NCBI GenBank assembly: GCA_032718475.1
Contig: JAUCBJ010006791.1
Span: 11,939-75,938, forward strand
DNA length: 64,000 bases
Source of the DNA: Nemertoderma westbladi
Lineage: Eukaryota > Animalia > Xenacoelomorpha
Direction: 5' to 3'
The stretch's first letter is position 1, and every line of letters starts with the position of its first letter. A program made the position numbers and the translations under genes. Below, in pieces: positions 12,001 to 23,245 of the stretch. The notes beneath the pieces are model-generated. The model searched no databases. It saw only the letters and a program-made list of their open reading frames with translations, and was not told the origin of the DNA.

Positions 12001-13255
12001 GTATTGGGTGCGAAATGTTGGAGTAGTTTAAGTAATAGGTAGTCGCGTGTATTTGGTGCGAAATGTTGGAGTAGTATAAGTAATAGGTAGTCGCGTGTAT
12101 TGGGTGCGAAATGTTGGAGTAGTATAAGTAATAGGCAGTCGCGTGTATTTGGTGCGAAATGTTGGAGTAGTATAAGTAATAGGTAGTCGCGTGTATTTGG
12201 TGCGAAATGTTGGAGTAGTATAAGTAATAGGCAGTCGCGTGACTATTTGGTGCGAAATGTTGGAGTAGTATAAGTAATAGGCAGTCGCGTGTATTTGGTG
12301 CGAAATGTTGGAGTAGTATAAGTAATAGGTAGTCGCGTGTATTGGGTGCGAAATGTTGGAGTAGTATAAGTAATAGGCAGTCGCGTGACTATTTGGTGCG
12401 AAATGTTGGAGTAGTATAAGTAATAGGCAGTCGCGTGTATTTGGTGCGAAATGTTGGAGTAGTATAAGTAATAGGTAGTCGCGTGTATTGGGTGCGAAAT
12501 GTTGGAGTAGTATAAGTAATAGGCAGTCGCGTGTATTTGGTGCGAAATGTTGGAGTAGTATAAGTAATAGGCAGTCGCGTGACTATTTGGTGCGAAATGT
12601 TGGAGTAGTATAAGTAATAGGTAGTCGCGTGTATTTGGTGCGAAATGTTGGAGTAGTATAAGTAATAGGCAGTCGCGTGACTATTTGGTGCGAAATGTTG
12701 GAGTAGTATAAGTAATAGGTAGTCGCGTGTATTTGGTGCGAAATGTTGGAGTAGTATAAGTAATAGGTAGTCGCGTGTATTTGGTGCGAAATGTTGGAGT
12801 AGTATAAGTAATAGGTAGTCGCGTGTATTTGGTGCGAAATGTTGGAGTAGTATAAGTAATAGGCAGTCGCGTGTATTTGGTGCGAAATGTTGGAGTAGTA
12901 TAAGTAATAGGCAGTCGCGTGACTATTTGGTGCGAAATGTTGGAGTAGTATAAGTAATAGGTAGTCGCGTGTATTTGGTGCGAAATGTTGGAGTAGTATA
13001 AGTAATAGGTAGTCGCGTGTATTTGGTGCGAAATGTTGGAGTAGTATAAGTAATAGGTAGTCGCGTGTATTTGGTGCGAAATGTTGGAGTAGTATAAGTA
13101 ATAGGCAGTCGCGTGTATTTGGTGCGAAATGTTGGAGTAGTATAAGTAATAGGCAGTCGCGTGACTATTTGGTGCGAAATGTTGGAGTAGTATAAGTAAT
13201 AGGTAGTCGCGTGTATTTGGTGCGAAATGTTGGAGTAGTATAAGTAATAGGCAGT
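9040..13255. repeat. 48-bp satellite, about 88 copies
   Basis: Unit GTTGGAGTAGTATAAGTAATAGGYAGTCGCGTGTATTKGGTGMGAAAT repeated head to tail with few variants. Confidence 0.99.
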
Positions 13256-14488
13256 TGTTCGCGCTTTCAGACCTTTGGCAGTTTAACCCACCAAATTAAG
13301 ATGTCTTCTAGATATTAAATCTGTTTTTAGTCTATGACAAGTATTTGATTCACTACACTAGTCGAAACCAATCTGTGCGCGATCATTCACCCGCTGGATA
13401 TTCCCGGGAGATTGGGTTCGACGGTTTAATTTTATTGCTATGTAAGCCTAATGTATTATTCGACTGACAGTATTATATAATCTCTGACAATATTATTCAC
13501 CTTCGGGAATATTAACAGTTCCTTTAGGACGTGGCGCTTTATCTATATAAACAGAGTTATGACTTAAACTACTCACAACGATATGGCTTAATTATAATTC
13601 ACATATATGGCGCATTCTTTAGGAATTGCTTCTTTAACAGACTCACTCATACACAATGCTGCACAATACTGCACACTAATCTGCCAATCTTCACTGATTT
13701 TAGTCACATATAAAAGGAACACAGGCTGACTCATGTAGGGTCTATCAAATAACATTAGATTCACTTCAAACCACTTTAACATAAGTCACAATCGTTATTG
13801 GTAACCTTTCTCTCTTACCTTCGGTATATCAAGAATATTGGGTTTCGGGGTGATTTATCGTTATTCCAAATATAATAATTCATCAACCATATTATGAAGA
13901 ACTGACGGTAAATAGCAGTATAAAATAACTACTGAACACTGATTGTTATGAGTTTGCAATGTTTCAGCAGTCAGGATGTATGATAAGTTATCAGTAGTCA
14001 TTAGATGCGTTAAAGGATATATGCCCTTTATAATTAAACCTACTAGTGTACGACTAAAAAGCAGTACAGCACAAAATACTTCCAAGCCGTTCTTTCTTTG
14101 GCTCAAGACTGAATGTAAACACTGCACATAGGCATTGCGTCATTTCTCGGAAATTTTCTGTACAAGGAGCCACAAAAACGCTCTCATTGGCTGACTGAAC
14201 TGAGAGACGCCGTAGAACAAAGGAAATCAACACGTATGAATGTCAGCTGTTAACCGTAGTCATAGTAACTACTGTTCAAGAGTAGCTATCACCCTTTTGC
14301 GTCACGAATTGCCATAGAATCATAAAATATGCCTTTCACAGTACACATACAGAGGAAATAGGTCTTAGATCCTCTAAAAACACAGATACAGCAATAATAC
14401 GGTCTCTTACACTTATTAAATCAACTACGGAGTATTTTAATGTAAAAGATAATAAAAATAACGGGGCAATTCAGCAAAGGCTTTTACA
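13256..14488 (-). repeat. 3' LTR of BEL #2
   Basis: Near-identical to 25041-26279 (scattered substitutions and small indels); sense-strand AATAAA at 13431-13436. Confidence 0.95.
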
Positions 14489-15388
14489 CCGCTCCCAGAA
14501 AATGGGATTTTCAGTCTATAAAATATAAAAATCACAGTTTCTAAAACACAAAGATACTCTAAACAGTTAGTCTTTCTTGCGCGGACGGCGTTTACGCAGT
14601 TTCTTGAGGCTAGCAAGAGTCCTTTTCTCTTTGGGGGGAGCCACTTTACTAGGAGGGCCATAACTCCTGGGTGAAGGGTGCAATATGATTGCATTAAAAG
14701 GTTTGGGTTTACGGTCGGTGTCTCGTCCATTTCGATATGCTTCTCCTCGAGCTGATTTTCCTCCGCTTGTCATGGGATACGTTCGTCCAAAACTCTCGCA
14801 GAGAATAGGGTTTTCTAAGCTTGATATCTTCTTTGAGATTCGAGGTTTCCCAATCGAACTGAGATAAGGCCAATTCGTTTATCGATTGGACTTACTGTTA
14901 TAACTTACGTTTATCTGAACAAACGCAGGTTTCCTTTTTGATCTTTATAGAATAGCGTTTAACTCGTTTCGTACAACGCTCTCCTTCACCTTGATGAAGG
15001 GTTGTATCGCGTTAAACGGGACGACCATACGGTTGGATAGTGATATTAGGTGTCTGCGTCATAATCCAGCTAGGTAAGATGGGCGGCTAGCTAGAAATCA
15101 CTGTCGGAGTGTTACCGATTAATTGTTAGGGTAGCACTAGATCTTGAACAGTGAATACCGTCCGCGAGGATCCGCGACACCACCAGGATCGCAGGTCTGA
15201 GGTCCAACTAAGAAATGAGGAGGTTTGACCGAGTATTCCGGGACTCTGATCGTAGGTTTACTCTAGGATCGTTAGAGCCGAGTGAGCATAGGTGATACGT
15301 CAAACAAGTTTCGCTCGAAACTCCAGTAAATATAACGAACACAACTGTGTTTAACACAACGTTTCCGTGGATGTTTATGTCTTTCCGT

Positions 15389-16084
15389 TTATTGGCTGGG
15401 TCTAGGGCATTTACCGTAATAATACCCAAAAACGTACGTCTTGTAGGGGAAACGCGAGTGATCTTTCTCCAGCTTACAATATTCCTCCATCCGTTCGAAG
15501 CTGTTCGGTACAACAGGTAGCGGTCGATCGGCGATAAGATACATCATAGGGGAATCGAGCCGTTTGAGTTCTACCATGCGGTCATGATGTATACCTTGAG
15601 GATATCGAGTTTCTAGATTTTGTTGACTGGCAATATTGAGATATGTTTCTATCAGGAATTCCAGATAATCGTTGAAGTCGCTGCGTTTATCCGGCTCCTC
15701 AACGTCTTCTCTTTCGAGTCTGTTTCGAATAGAATTCTCGTGTTCCATTCTTGGTTTATCGTTCCGCCTCTGCTGGGTAGGATATTTCAATCGTACCATT
15801 TCCCTTTTGGTGTCGACATTGTCCGTATCGTGTAAATCGATAGGATGACCAGTAGTTAAGAAGCCCATATACGTACCATTACGCTGCGTATATCGAGCAG
15901 TGAATTTTCTATAGTCCAACTCACGCGTGAGCTGCTCTTGGGACATTGGCGGTTCGATATAACGACCATCGTCCTCCGCAGCAGTTGGACTAACGTCGCC
16001 GCGTATTAAGCTATCAACAAACGCTTGTAAAAGTAGAGTATATCGCTCCCCGATACCAAGACCATCTTCTATCAACTCCGTCAT
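15389..16084 (-). CDS. Accessory orphan ORF (231 aa from MTELIEDG) in the env position of BEL #2
   Basis: Uninterrupted 696-bp frame, same strand as gag, hydrophilic, no obvious signal or transmembrane segment; acceptor-like tatatagCAG 2 nt before the ATG. Confidence 0.55.
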   Translation of the reverse strand: MTELIEDGLGIGERYTLLLQAFVDSLIRGDVSPTAAEDDGRYIEPPMSQEQLTRELDYRKFTARYTQRNGTYMGFLTTGHPIDLHDTDNVDTKREMVRLKYPTQQRRNDKPRMEHENSIRNRLEREDVEEPDKRSDFNDYLEFLIETYLNIASQQNLETRYPQGIHHDRMVELKRLDSPMMYLIADRPLPVVPNSFERMEEYCKLEKDHSRFPYKTYVFGYYYGKCPRPSQ

Positions 16085-16910
16085 ATCTGCTATATATGAG
16101 TTTATCCATATTATAATGAGTCCACATTTAGGCGAGCGGGCGTCGCTGCCTACCCCAATCAACCCCCGGACAGTACGAGATCCTCAGCGCCGATGTGTCG
16201 TCGCCGCTGTACTTTCGCCAACGACGTAGCCGCACAACGACAACGACAACCGGCACAAGTCACTCAACTGTCCGTCCCAAAGGCTTAGATGTACTTCAGG
16301 TTTTCCTTGGAGAGTTAGGTTACTTTACGATTGCGACTGGCTACTGTAAACACACCTTAGTAGTAACATTCGCCTATAAGCTCACAAGTACCACACACAC
16401 AACTTGTCACAAATTACACACACTCGGGTCACTTGTCCGTTAGTCAATGCCTTCCAGAATGTCACTGTATTATTATGTATCCTTGGATACTAGTAGTGCG
16501 CTATTTATTCCCTATGCTATTCAATGGGACAAGCTTTCTATTGTTCGTTTAACTCAATTCTAATTCTAGCGTGGTTGTTGCTATGGTGACATTATGCAAA
16601 GCTAGCGGTAGAATTAGAGTAATTCCAATGCATACAGATCTGGGATGTTATTTAATAGTATTCTTTAATAGTCAATGTTCTGTTTTATACATGACTTTAT
16701 GAATTTTATCGGCTATTGACTATGTTTGGGAGACTTTCGCACACTCATACGCATAATAAGATAAATCTCCGCTCCCTTGATCTATTAATTAATGGAATTT
16801 TGGGAATGTTATAAATTGCGTAAAAATGGCAATTTATTAAATTCATTAAAAGGCATGAATTTAAATTTATTCCCTGAAATTTTATTATTTGATAATTAAA
16901 TTGACATATT

Positions 16911-17219
16911 TTGATTCTAGAACATGTCTGGGGACACAAGATCCTTAATTCTATGACAATTGTCTTTTTAAGAATATCGGTAAATGCTACGATATCTTAA
17001 TTGACTAGAATTGTTGAAGGATCTGAATTTTACAGATTTTGATTTATTAGATTTGTAAATATTAAATAATTAATATTTGAGATGGGCACCGATTTATTCC
17101 AGAACTTGTCTGGGGACGTTAACCACTGATTCTAGAATTTGTCTTTCAAGTATATCGGTGGGTGCCGCGATATCTTAATCGACTAGAATTACAGATGGTC
17201 AAAGGGTTTAACAGATTTA
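16911..17219. repeat. Diverged ~180-bp tandem duplication in the BEL #2 3' region
   Basis: agaac.tgtctggggac...tatcggt...cgatatcttaat.gactagaatt...acagattt occurs near 16920 and again near 17101. Confidence 0.75.
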
Positions 17220-17735
17220 TTTTGCGTTATACGCTACTGTTAAAGGGACATCACGCTACTATATGTATTATTTAATATACGGTATGAGAGCAATATCGCA
17301 CGAAGCAATGTCAGTGTGAAGAGGCAAGTCGTTTCCAAGGTCTACCCAGAGCTTGGTTTAGCCGAGACACGAGGATCTGAACTTTGCATTCCTAATACTC
17401 TGCCTACCAATAATACTTAAATATAGTAGTGGCTTTATTGTACTTTAATAAGTACGGACATTTCATCTTACTGTAGTTACGTATTTATAATATAATACGG
17501 ACAGTAAGGAAAGAGAAAAATAATTATTTCTTCGCCGTCTCACTAAATATAATATAAGTAATTACGTACGTAATAAACACGAATATATTGCACTATTCTA
17601 CAAAATAATCGCTAAATAATATTCTACTAAATTAAATAAAACGATTATAATAAAATTACATAGTAATACATACATAAATATAAAAATAATAAAATAATAT
17701 AAAATAATAGAGTCACACACCCACTCCATATGTTG

Positions 17736-20700
17736 TTACGTTATGGAGTCCCTAGATGTTTGAAGGATTAGGGAGGTGGTCGTGGGAAGAGAATCTTGCC
17801 TTCCACAGTTTCCGGAGAGTCCTCCATTCCCTTCCGATAAACACAAACGACCGACTGGGTGATTGAGTCGCTGCATCCTGAATACAATTCCAGGTTTCCT
17901 CTTCGTCCTGGAATAGTGACGATAGAAACATCGCTCAAAGTATATGACGGCGTCACAAAGCCGATTCCAGGAGCTATAGTGGTCCGTCGCTCTCTGCAGG
18001 AGAGGTGAGAGTCCCTGCGAGACGTCTGATGTTCCAGAGCTCCAATCGCTCTCTCTGATCTTCATGAAGGATCCACTCGCGGTGGGGAGGCCCAGATCCA
18101 CGGCGTCGTCCCTGGCAACATGTAATACCGACAGATCTATCCCGGGTTCAAATAACTCCGATCCACCCGTCCGGGTTTCAGGTTCGACTTTCTCCGCTCC
18201 CTTGGCTGGTCTAATCTCAGTCGGAGTAAGATGGGGAGGCCATTCATTCTCCTTACTCAGGAAGTCGGGTTCACCTAACCGGTCTATAGTATCTGTCAGT
18301 TCTTGAGGAGTTGCTCCTCTGGAAGCGATGTCCGTTGGATTAAACTTCTTGGGGCAATATCTCCATTGATCTACATTGGAGCTAAGATTGTCATTATCTG
18401 AGGAGTGTGGTGTTCCCTCAGTTGGGTCGTCTCCCTCACTAGTATCATCTTCCCATTCACTCACCTGGCAGACGCGATCTTGAAGCAGTCTTTCCCTGAG
18501 CGTTCTACGGGAAGGTCCAGTAAGGTACCAACCTACTCTAGTTCTTACCGCATAGGTCTGTAGTGGCTGCGGTTGAGCAGGCCGTTTCTCTAATGTCTCC
18601 AGCGCCTCATGCGCGTTTTGGCCGATGAGTATTTGCACTCCAGGATAATCAGTCTGGAATCGAGGTATGTTAAGATGTTGGATGCTCTCATCCTCGTCCC
18701 AATTATAAAGGTCTGCTTGAGTAGTAGCGAAGTTCTTTATAGCCACCATTTTCACTGACCTGATGCTATGTTCTCCTAGTTCGTCCTGGGGGGTGGACAA
18801 CTCACCTATATAATAGTCGGCAGCTACAGTAGAATTCCAAACCTGCATGATCCCTGACATGTTGAGCTTAGTTTGGAACTTGGGTTGTCCAGCAAATATA
18901 TCTTCGGCTAGCTCTTTATCGATGAATGTTCCTGTGCTGCCGGAGTCCAGGAGGGCGTTCACTACATAACTCCGTTTAGGTCCGTGCACCCTTACCTGCA
19001 CCACAGGAAACTCTCGGATTCCTATATTGGAAGTTGGCGCTTTCCAAGATGGTTGTTGATCGGAAGTAGTTAAGGTAAGGTCGCTGTCTGTGTCTTTCTC
19101 ATGTACGAGTGCTCGATACACTGCGGTGGTGTTTATTAGGTAACAGGATTCGTTTTGGTCGGAGAACTCGTCCGTATAGAATCCTTCCATCTCAGATTGA
19201 TCAGTGTCGTTCACATCACTGAATTGGACATGTAGTTCGGACTCACTTACCTGACTCGGGCTGTTTCGTTCGAATTCCGTGTGCAACAAGATATGATGAT
19301 TTGCGCCGCACTTTGCACACCTTGCGTCGGAGTTACAGGTTCGCCGTTGGTGTCCTCGTCTGAGGCAATTATAACACAACCGCTTATCCCACATGACTTC
19401 ACGTCTATCCTCGAGTGATTTCCTCAGGAATTTATCACACGCATTTAAACGGTGGGGCCCGTCGCACAGCACACATTTCGGCTTGATGTTACTTACTTTA
19501 ACCTGTGCTATGTGGTGCACACTTGTTCTTTCCTCGGGCTTTCTCACCTGAATTCTTTTAGGAGACGTAGGAAGGGTTTTTTGTACCGGTTCCCTTCTGT
19601 CATTGGGTCGAGACTCGGATTTACTTACCTGATCTTTAGGCATTTTATTGACATAATAAGATCTGTCAGTGTCTTTCCCGCTGTCCTCTCCTTGAGAAGT
19701 TTGGCTTTCACCGTCGTCGGTATAACATACTGGTGTTACCCTTCTCCTAGAAACGGGTTTCTCACTTACCTTGTTTTCCAATGTCTTCTCTCTGGACTGC
19801 CTTAGGAGCTGTAATTTCACTTCTCTATCTAAGAATGACATGAGATCAGTCATGGTAGGGTCTCGTCGTTGTTGTTCCATCATATATAACACTTTCTTAT
19901 CCCAGCGTGTACCTACTCCACCCTTGGGCAAAGTAGATGCTAAGGCTCCTACAACCATAGAATTCTGGTATTCATGAGACTTACCTAACCAATCTAGTTG
20001 TCTACAGATCTCCTGAATCTCATCGGAAAACTCTATAATCCCGCTGCTAAGAAACTTTCGGGGCGCCATTAATTTCGCATATAAATACCTAGCTATGTTA
20101 GTCCTATTACCATACCTGATGTTTAGTGTATCCCAAACTTGTCTTAATCCATCTGGATGTCCAATAAATTTTAACGCCATTGACTTGGGAGATCCTTCCA
20201 AGCACTCGATGAGGAATCTAAGTTTCTCTCCATTAGATAGTACAGAGTTCTGTATGTTATCTTTGTAATATTCATTAAAAGGTAACCATTTCATCTCATC
20301 TCCATTGAACTTGACGATCTCTCCCACCTTCACCGCTTGCCGGGCTTCGGTTCTAGCCATTTGACGCGTAAAACTTTCTTGGGCCATCGTGTTATTTAAT
20401 ATCGAGTTATCGGTATATAAATTTCTCGGATTATGATCAGTTCTATAGGGAATATCATTATCAACAGGTCTATAATTACCCTTAATAGGGTTCACTATAG
20501 GAGTTTCTACTTCGCTAGCAGTATAAATGCGTGTAGGCTCCACACCTTGCGCATGAGATACTTCAGACCTAACGGGTTGACACATTGTTACAGAGGGTGG
20601 TGGTATACCCTTTTGGGTATTTACTAATTTATCGCGTTCAAGCGCGATACTTTGCTGCACTTCTTGCAACTCTAGCCTACTTTCCCTTACTGTGCCCTTG

Positions 20701-22745
20701 AATTGCTGGACAGTCTCCTGCATCTGCCCGAGCAGGATATCCATCCCCCGCCGTCTCTCGTCCACCCATTCGACCGCCGAAGCGGGAGTCGCCAACGTTG
20801 TAGCGGGCGGACGAGGGACAACGGGCGACAAATTGTGAATATTTCGCTCGGGGTCCAGGACCTGAACTGTCTCCTGGGCAGTTCTGCGGGGCACAGGTAG
20901 CTTAGTGCTATGCAGAGGGAATTTAGAGGTAGCTTCAGGGAGCACAGGTGTGTCTATCACCGAAGGGGTGATTTCAAGAACAGGCCTAATTATTTCAGGC
21001 TCATCTACTATAGTAGGGAGTCTTTCTATTTTAATTATTTGGTCTGTGGGCTCTGTACTACCTAAGTTGGTGTTATTTAGTTGCCTTCTAACAGCTGGAG
21101 GCAAATCAGGCAATTTCTGACGGTGGAATGTTCTTTTACGTCTGCTTAGACGAGATCTATTTCCTTTGCCTTCAGTATCGGTGGTATCGCCTTCCTCCGA
21201 TGATGTATATCCCTGTCTTTTGGGAGTAGATCGATCCATCATCCGCATATTGCTAGCCGTTAACTGTTTATTTATGCAGTCTTGATTCTCCTGAATGTTT
21301 TCCAATTCTAACTGGGTGGTTTCTTCAGTCGCTCTCCGTTCTGCTTCTGCCACTGCCTCTGCCGCCTTTCTTTCAGCTGCTGCTTCTGCCAAGGTCGCCT
21401 TTGCTTCTGCCGCTGCCTCTGCCGCCCTTGCCTCTGCCGCTGCCTCTGCCGCCCTTGCCTCTGCCGCTGCCTCTGCCGCCTTTGCCTCTGCCGCTGCCGC
21501 TTTTGCCCCTGCTGCTGCCTCTGCCGCTGCCACTTTTCTTTCTGCTTCTGCAGCTACCACTGCTGCTTTCTTTCTGTCTTCTATGCGTTTTTTCTTTACT
21601 TGTTCTTCCCTTTCTCTAGCGATGCGGAGTTGTTCATCGAATTTAGCTTGGTTCGCCGCTAACCTATCCACATCAATCGCATCTAACACAAGTTTGGCTC
21701 CTTCGCTATTAGGGCTAAGTCCCTCTAGCCTTCTCCTCAACTCTTCATCTCCCACAAAACGCTGATAGTCTGACAGATAGATATCAATGGCATCCTTCTT
21801 ATGCGGTTTCTCTGCCGTCGCTTCACTTTCCACTTGGGAAAAAGTAGCGTCTGTTGATTCTCCATGGGTTGAGCGCTCCTCCAACTGAGCCTTCCACTGA
21901 GCTGCTCCTTGAACCTGGCGACTCACCCGTTGAAACCAAGTCTTTACGGCAACTTGCAACGACGTGTCTTGTCTTCTTTTAGAAGCCTCCTCAAAGGCGG
22001 ATAAGATTAGCCTAATTCGTAGAACTCTTTCTCTAACTTGATAAAGCAGCGATCCCTGCTCTTGAGGTCCTTGAGGTTGTTTAAACAGTTGTCTTTCTAC
22101 TCGCTCCATAGAGCTGAAGAATCCCTGGGCGTATCCGGCTGCGGACCTCTTCCATACAGCTGGATCGATGGTTTCCTTGGCTACTCCCATCCGGTGTATG
22201 TCTTCCCAGGCAGCTTCTGATAAATCAAACGGGAGTCCGGGTCCGGGGAAGTTCCATTGCGACTCGACAATAGACTTCAGTTCTTCACTAGTGTATCCCG
22301 CGTAACTATCTCTAGTTGACCGTTGACTTCTCGCCCAATCGATCTGGTGTTCTTCCACCGCGATCAATAACCCAGCGAGCACGGCTGCAGGAAGGATGAG
22401 AAGGGGATCCGTATAAACCGCATCCGTCATCTCTGCTCCGCTCTCGGGTGTCAGCTCTACAGTATCCTCACTACTGGAGCTGCTGGGCCGCTGAGGAATA
22501 AGTTCTTGACTAGTGGGTTGTTGCTGTTCCGCTGCCTTTTGGTCCCGCTTGACCTGAGCTCGAGTGCCTATGATAGACCTACGATGTTGGACTAGCCTAG
22601 GTTCTGTTATTACTACTGGAGGGATGACCTTCCTCACAGTGGGAGGTGAACTGGATTTACGACCAGACGGTTGTACGTCTCTATCTGAGTCGCAGATAGT
22701 TACATCTAATAAACTGTCTGACAGGTTCTGCTTAGTATCAGACAT
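17736..22745 (-). CDS. gag: Gag-protease polyprotein fused in frame to the RNase H tail/connection region; RT and integrase absent
   Basis: KFNGDEMKWLPF, three knuckles, LLDSGSTGTF, then a jump to VDQWRYCP..NPTDIASRG and SPLLQRA..YSSW, which match the post-RNase H region of element #1; no YxDD, no DDE. Confidence 0.92.
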   Translation of the reverse strand: MSDTKQNLSDSLLDVTICDSDRDVQPSGRKSSSPPTVRKVIPPVVITEPRLVQHRRSIIGTRAQVKRDQKAAEQQQPTSQELIPQRPSSSSSEDTVELTPESGAEMTDAVYTDPLLILPAAVLAGLLIAVEEHQIDWARSQRSTRDSYAGYTSEELKSIVESQWNFPGPGLPFDLSEAAWEDIHRMGVAKETIDPAVWKRSAAGYAQGFFSSMERVERQLFKQPQGPQEQGSLLYQVRERVLRIRLILSAFEEASKRRQDTSLQVAVKTWFQRVSRQVQGAAQWKAQLEERSTHGESTDATFSQVESEATAEKPHKKDAIDIYLSDYQRFVGDEELRRRLEGLSPNSEGAKLVLDAIDVDRLAANQAKFDEQLRIAREREEQVKKKRIEDRKKAAVVAAEAERKVAAAEAAAGAKAAAAEAKAAEAAAEARAAEAAAEARAAEAAAEAKATLAEAAAERKAAEAVAEAERRATEETTQLELENIQENQDCINKQLTASNMRMMDRSTPKRQGYTSSEEGDTTDTEGKGNRSRLSRRKRTFHRQKLPDLPPAVRRQLNNTNLGSTEPTDQIIKIERLPTIVDEPEIIRPVLEITPSVIDTPVLPEATSKFPLHSTKLPVPRRTAQETVQVLDPERNIHNLSPVVPRPPATTLATPASAVEWVDERRRGMDILLGQMQETVQQFKGTVRESRLELQEVQQSIALERDKLVNTQKGIPPPSVTMCQPVRSEVSHAQGVEPTRIYTASEVETPIVNPIKGNYRPVDNDIPYRTDHNPRNLYTDNSILNNTMAQESFTRQMARTEARQAVKVGEIVKFNGDEMKWLPFNEYYKDNIQNSVLSNGEKLRFLIECLEGSPKSMALKFIGHPDGLRQVWDTLNIRYGNRTNIARYLYAKLMAPRKFLSSGIIEFSDEIQEICRQLDWLGKSHEYQNSMVVGALASTLPKGGVGTRWDKKVLYMMEQQRRDPTMTDLMSFLDREVKLQLLRQSREKTLENKVSEKPVSRRRVTPVCYTDDGESQTSQGEDSGKDTDRSYYVNKMPKDQVSKSESRPNDRREPVQKTLPTSPKRIQVRKPEERTSVHHIAQVKVSNIKPKCVLCDGPHRLNACDKFLRKSLEDRREVMWDKRLCYNCLRRGHQRRTCNSDARCAKCGANHHILLHTEFERNSPSQVSESELHVQFSDVNDTDQSEMEGFYTDEFSDQNESCYLINTTAVYRALVHEKDTDSDLTLTTSDQQPSWKAPTSNIGIREFPVVQVRVHGPKRSYVVNALLDSGSTGTFIDKELAEDIFAGQPKFQTKLNMSGIMQVWNSTVAADYYIGELSTPQDELGEHSIRSVKMVAIKNFATTQADLYNWDEDESIQHLNIPRFQTDYPGVQILIGQNAHEALETLEKRPAQPQPLQTYAVRTRVGWYLTGPSRRTLRERLLQDRVCQVSEWEDDTSEGDDPTEGTPHSSDNDNLSSNVDQWRYCPKKFNPTDIASRGATPQELTDTIDRLGEPDFLSKENEWPPHLTPTEIRPAKGAEKVEPETRTGGSELFEPGIDLSVLHVARDDAVDLGLPTASGSFMKIRESDWSSGTSDVSQGLSPLLQRATDHYSSWNRLCDAVIYFERCFYRHYSRTKRKPGIVFRMQRLNHPVGRLCLSEGNGGLSGNCGRQDSLPTTTSLILQTSRDSIT

Positions 22746-22829
22746 GACTAGGTATGTACAGTTGAATGCCTACTGCTATATTACAGTCTAAGCAAGTCTA
22801 GTAACTCAGTATGAACTGCTAGCCTAGTA

Positions 22830-23245
22830 ATTAATTACCGGTACTGCTACTCAGTGTAGCGTGATATATAATATATTAGAATACCGGTATGCTTATAGTA
22901 TATATAACTATTATTACAGACTAGGTTTATCACAGAATACCGGTATAATTTTAGCGCAAATATATATATATATATAATAGGCCTATCGGAATACCGGTAT
23001 ACAGCTTACAGTTTGTAGTATATATAATTCTGGACTAGAATTAATTACAAGTACCGGTATAATTTCAGCCTAAATTTATAGAAATAAAGATAGTAGGCCT
23101 ATCGTAAATACCGGTATGCAGTTTACACTTATAGTGTATATATATAAGTATAATTACAAACTAGAATTAATTACAAGTACCGGTATAATTTCAGCCGAAA
23201 TTTATAGAAATAAAGATAATAGGCCTATCGTAAATACCGGTATAT
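22830..23245. repeat. Array of TACCGGTA palindrome-containing repeats upstream of gag
   Basis: About 8 TACCGGTA copies in alternating units; ctagaattaattacaagtaccggtataatttcagcc...aggcctatcgtaaataccggtat is repeated almost exactly at ~23035 and ~23161. Confidence 0.85.

Noticed and set aside
15389-16162. env gene
   Set aside because: Too short, with no signal peptide, fusion peptide or transmembrane anchor evident.
1188-22791. Short antisense ORFs overlapping gag and pol
   Set aside because: Shadow frames of long ORFs with no motifs of their own.
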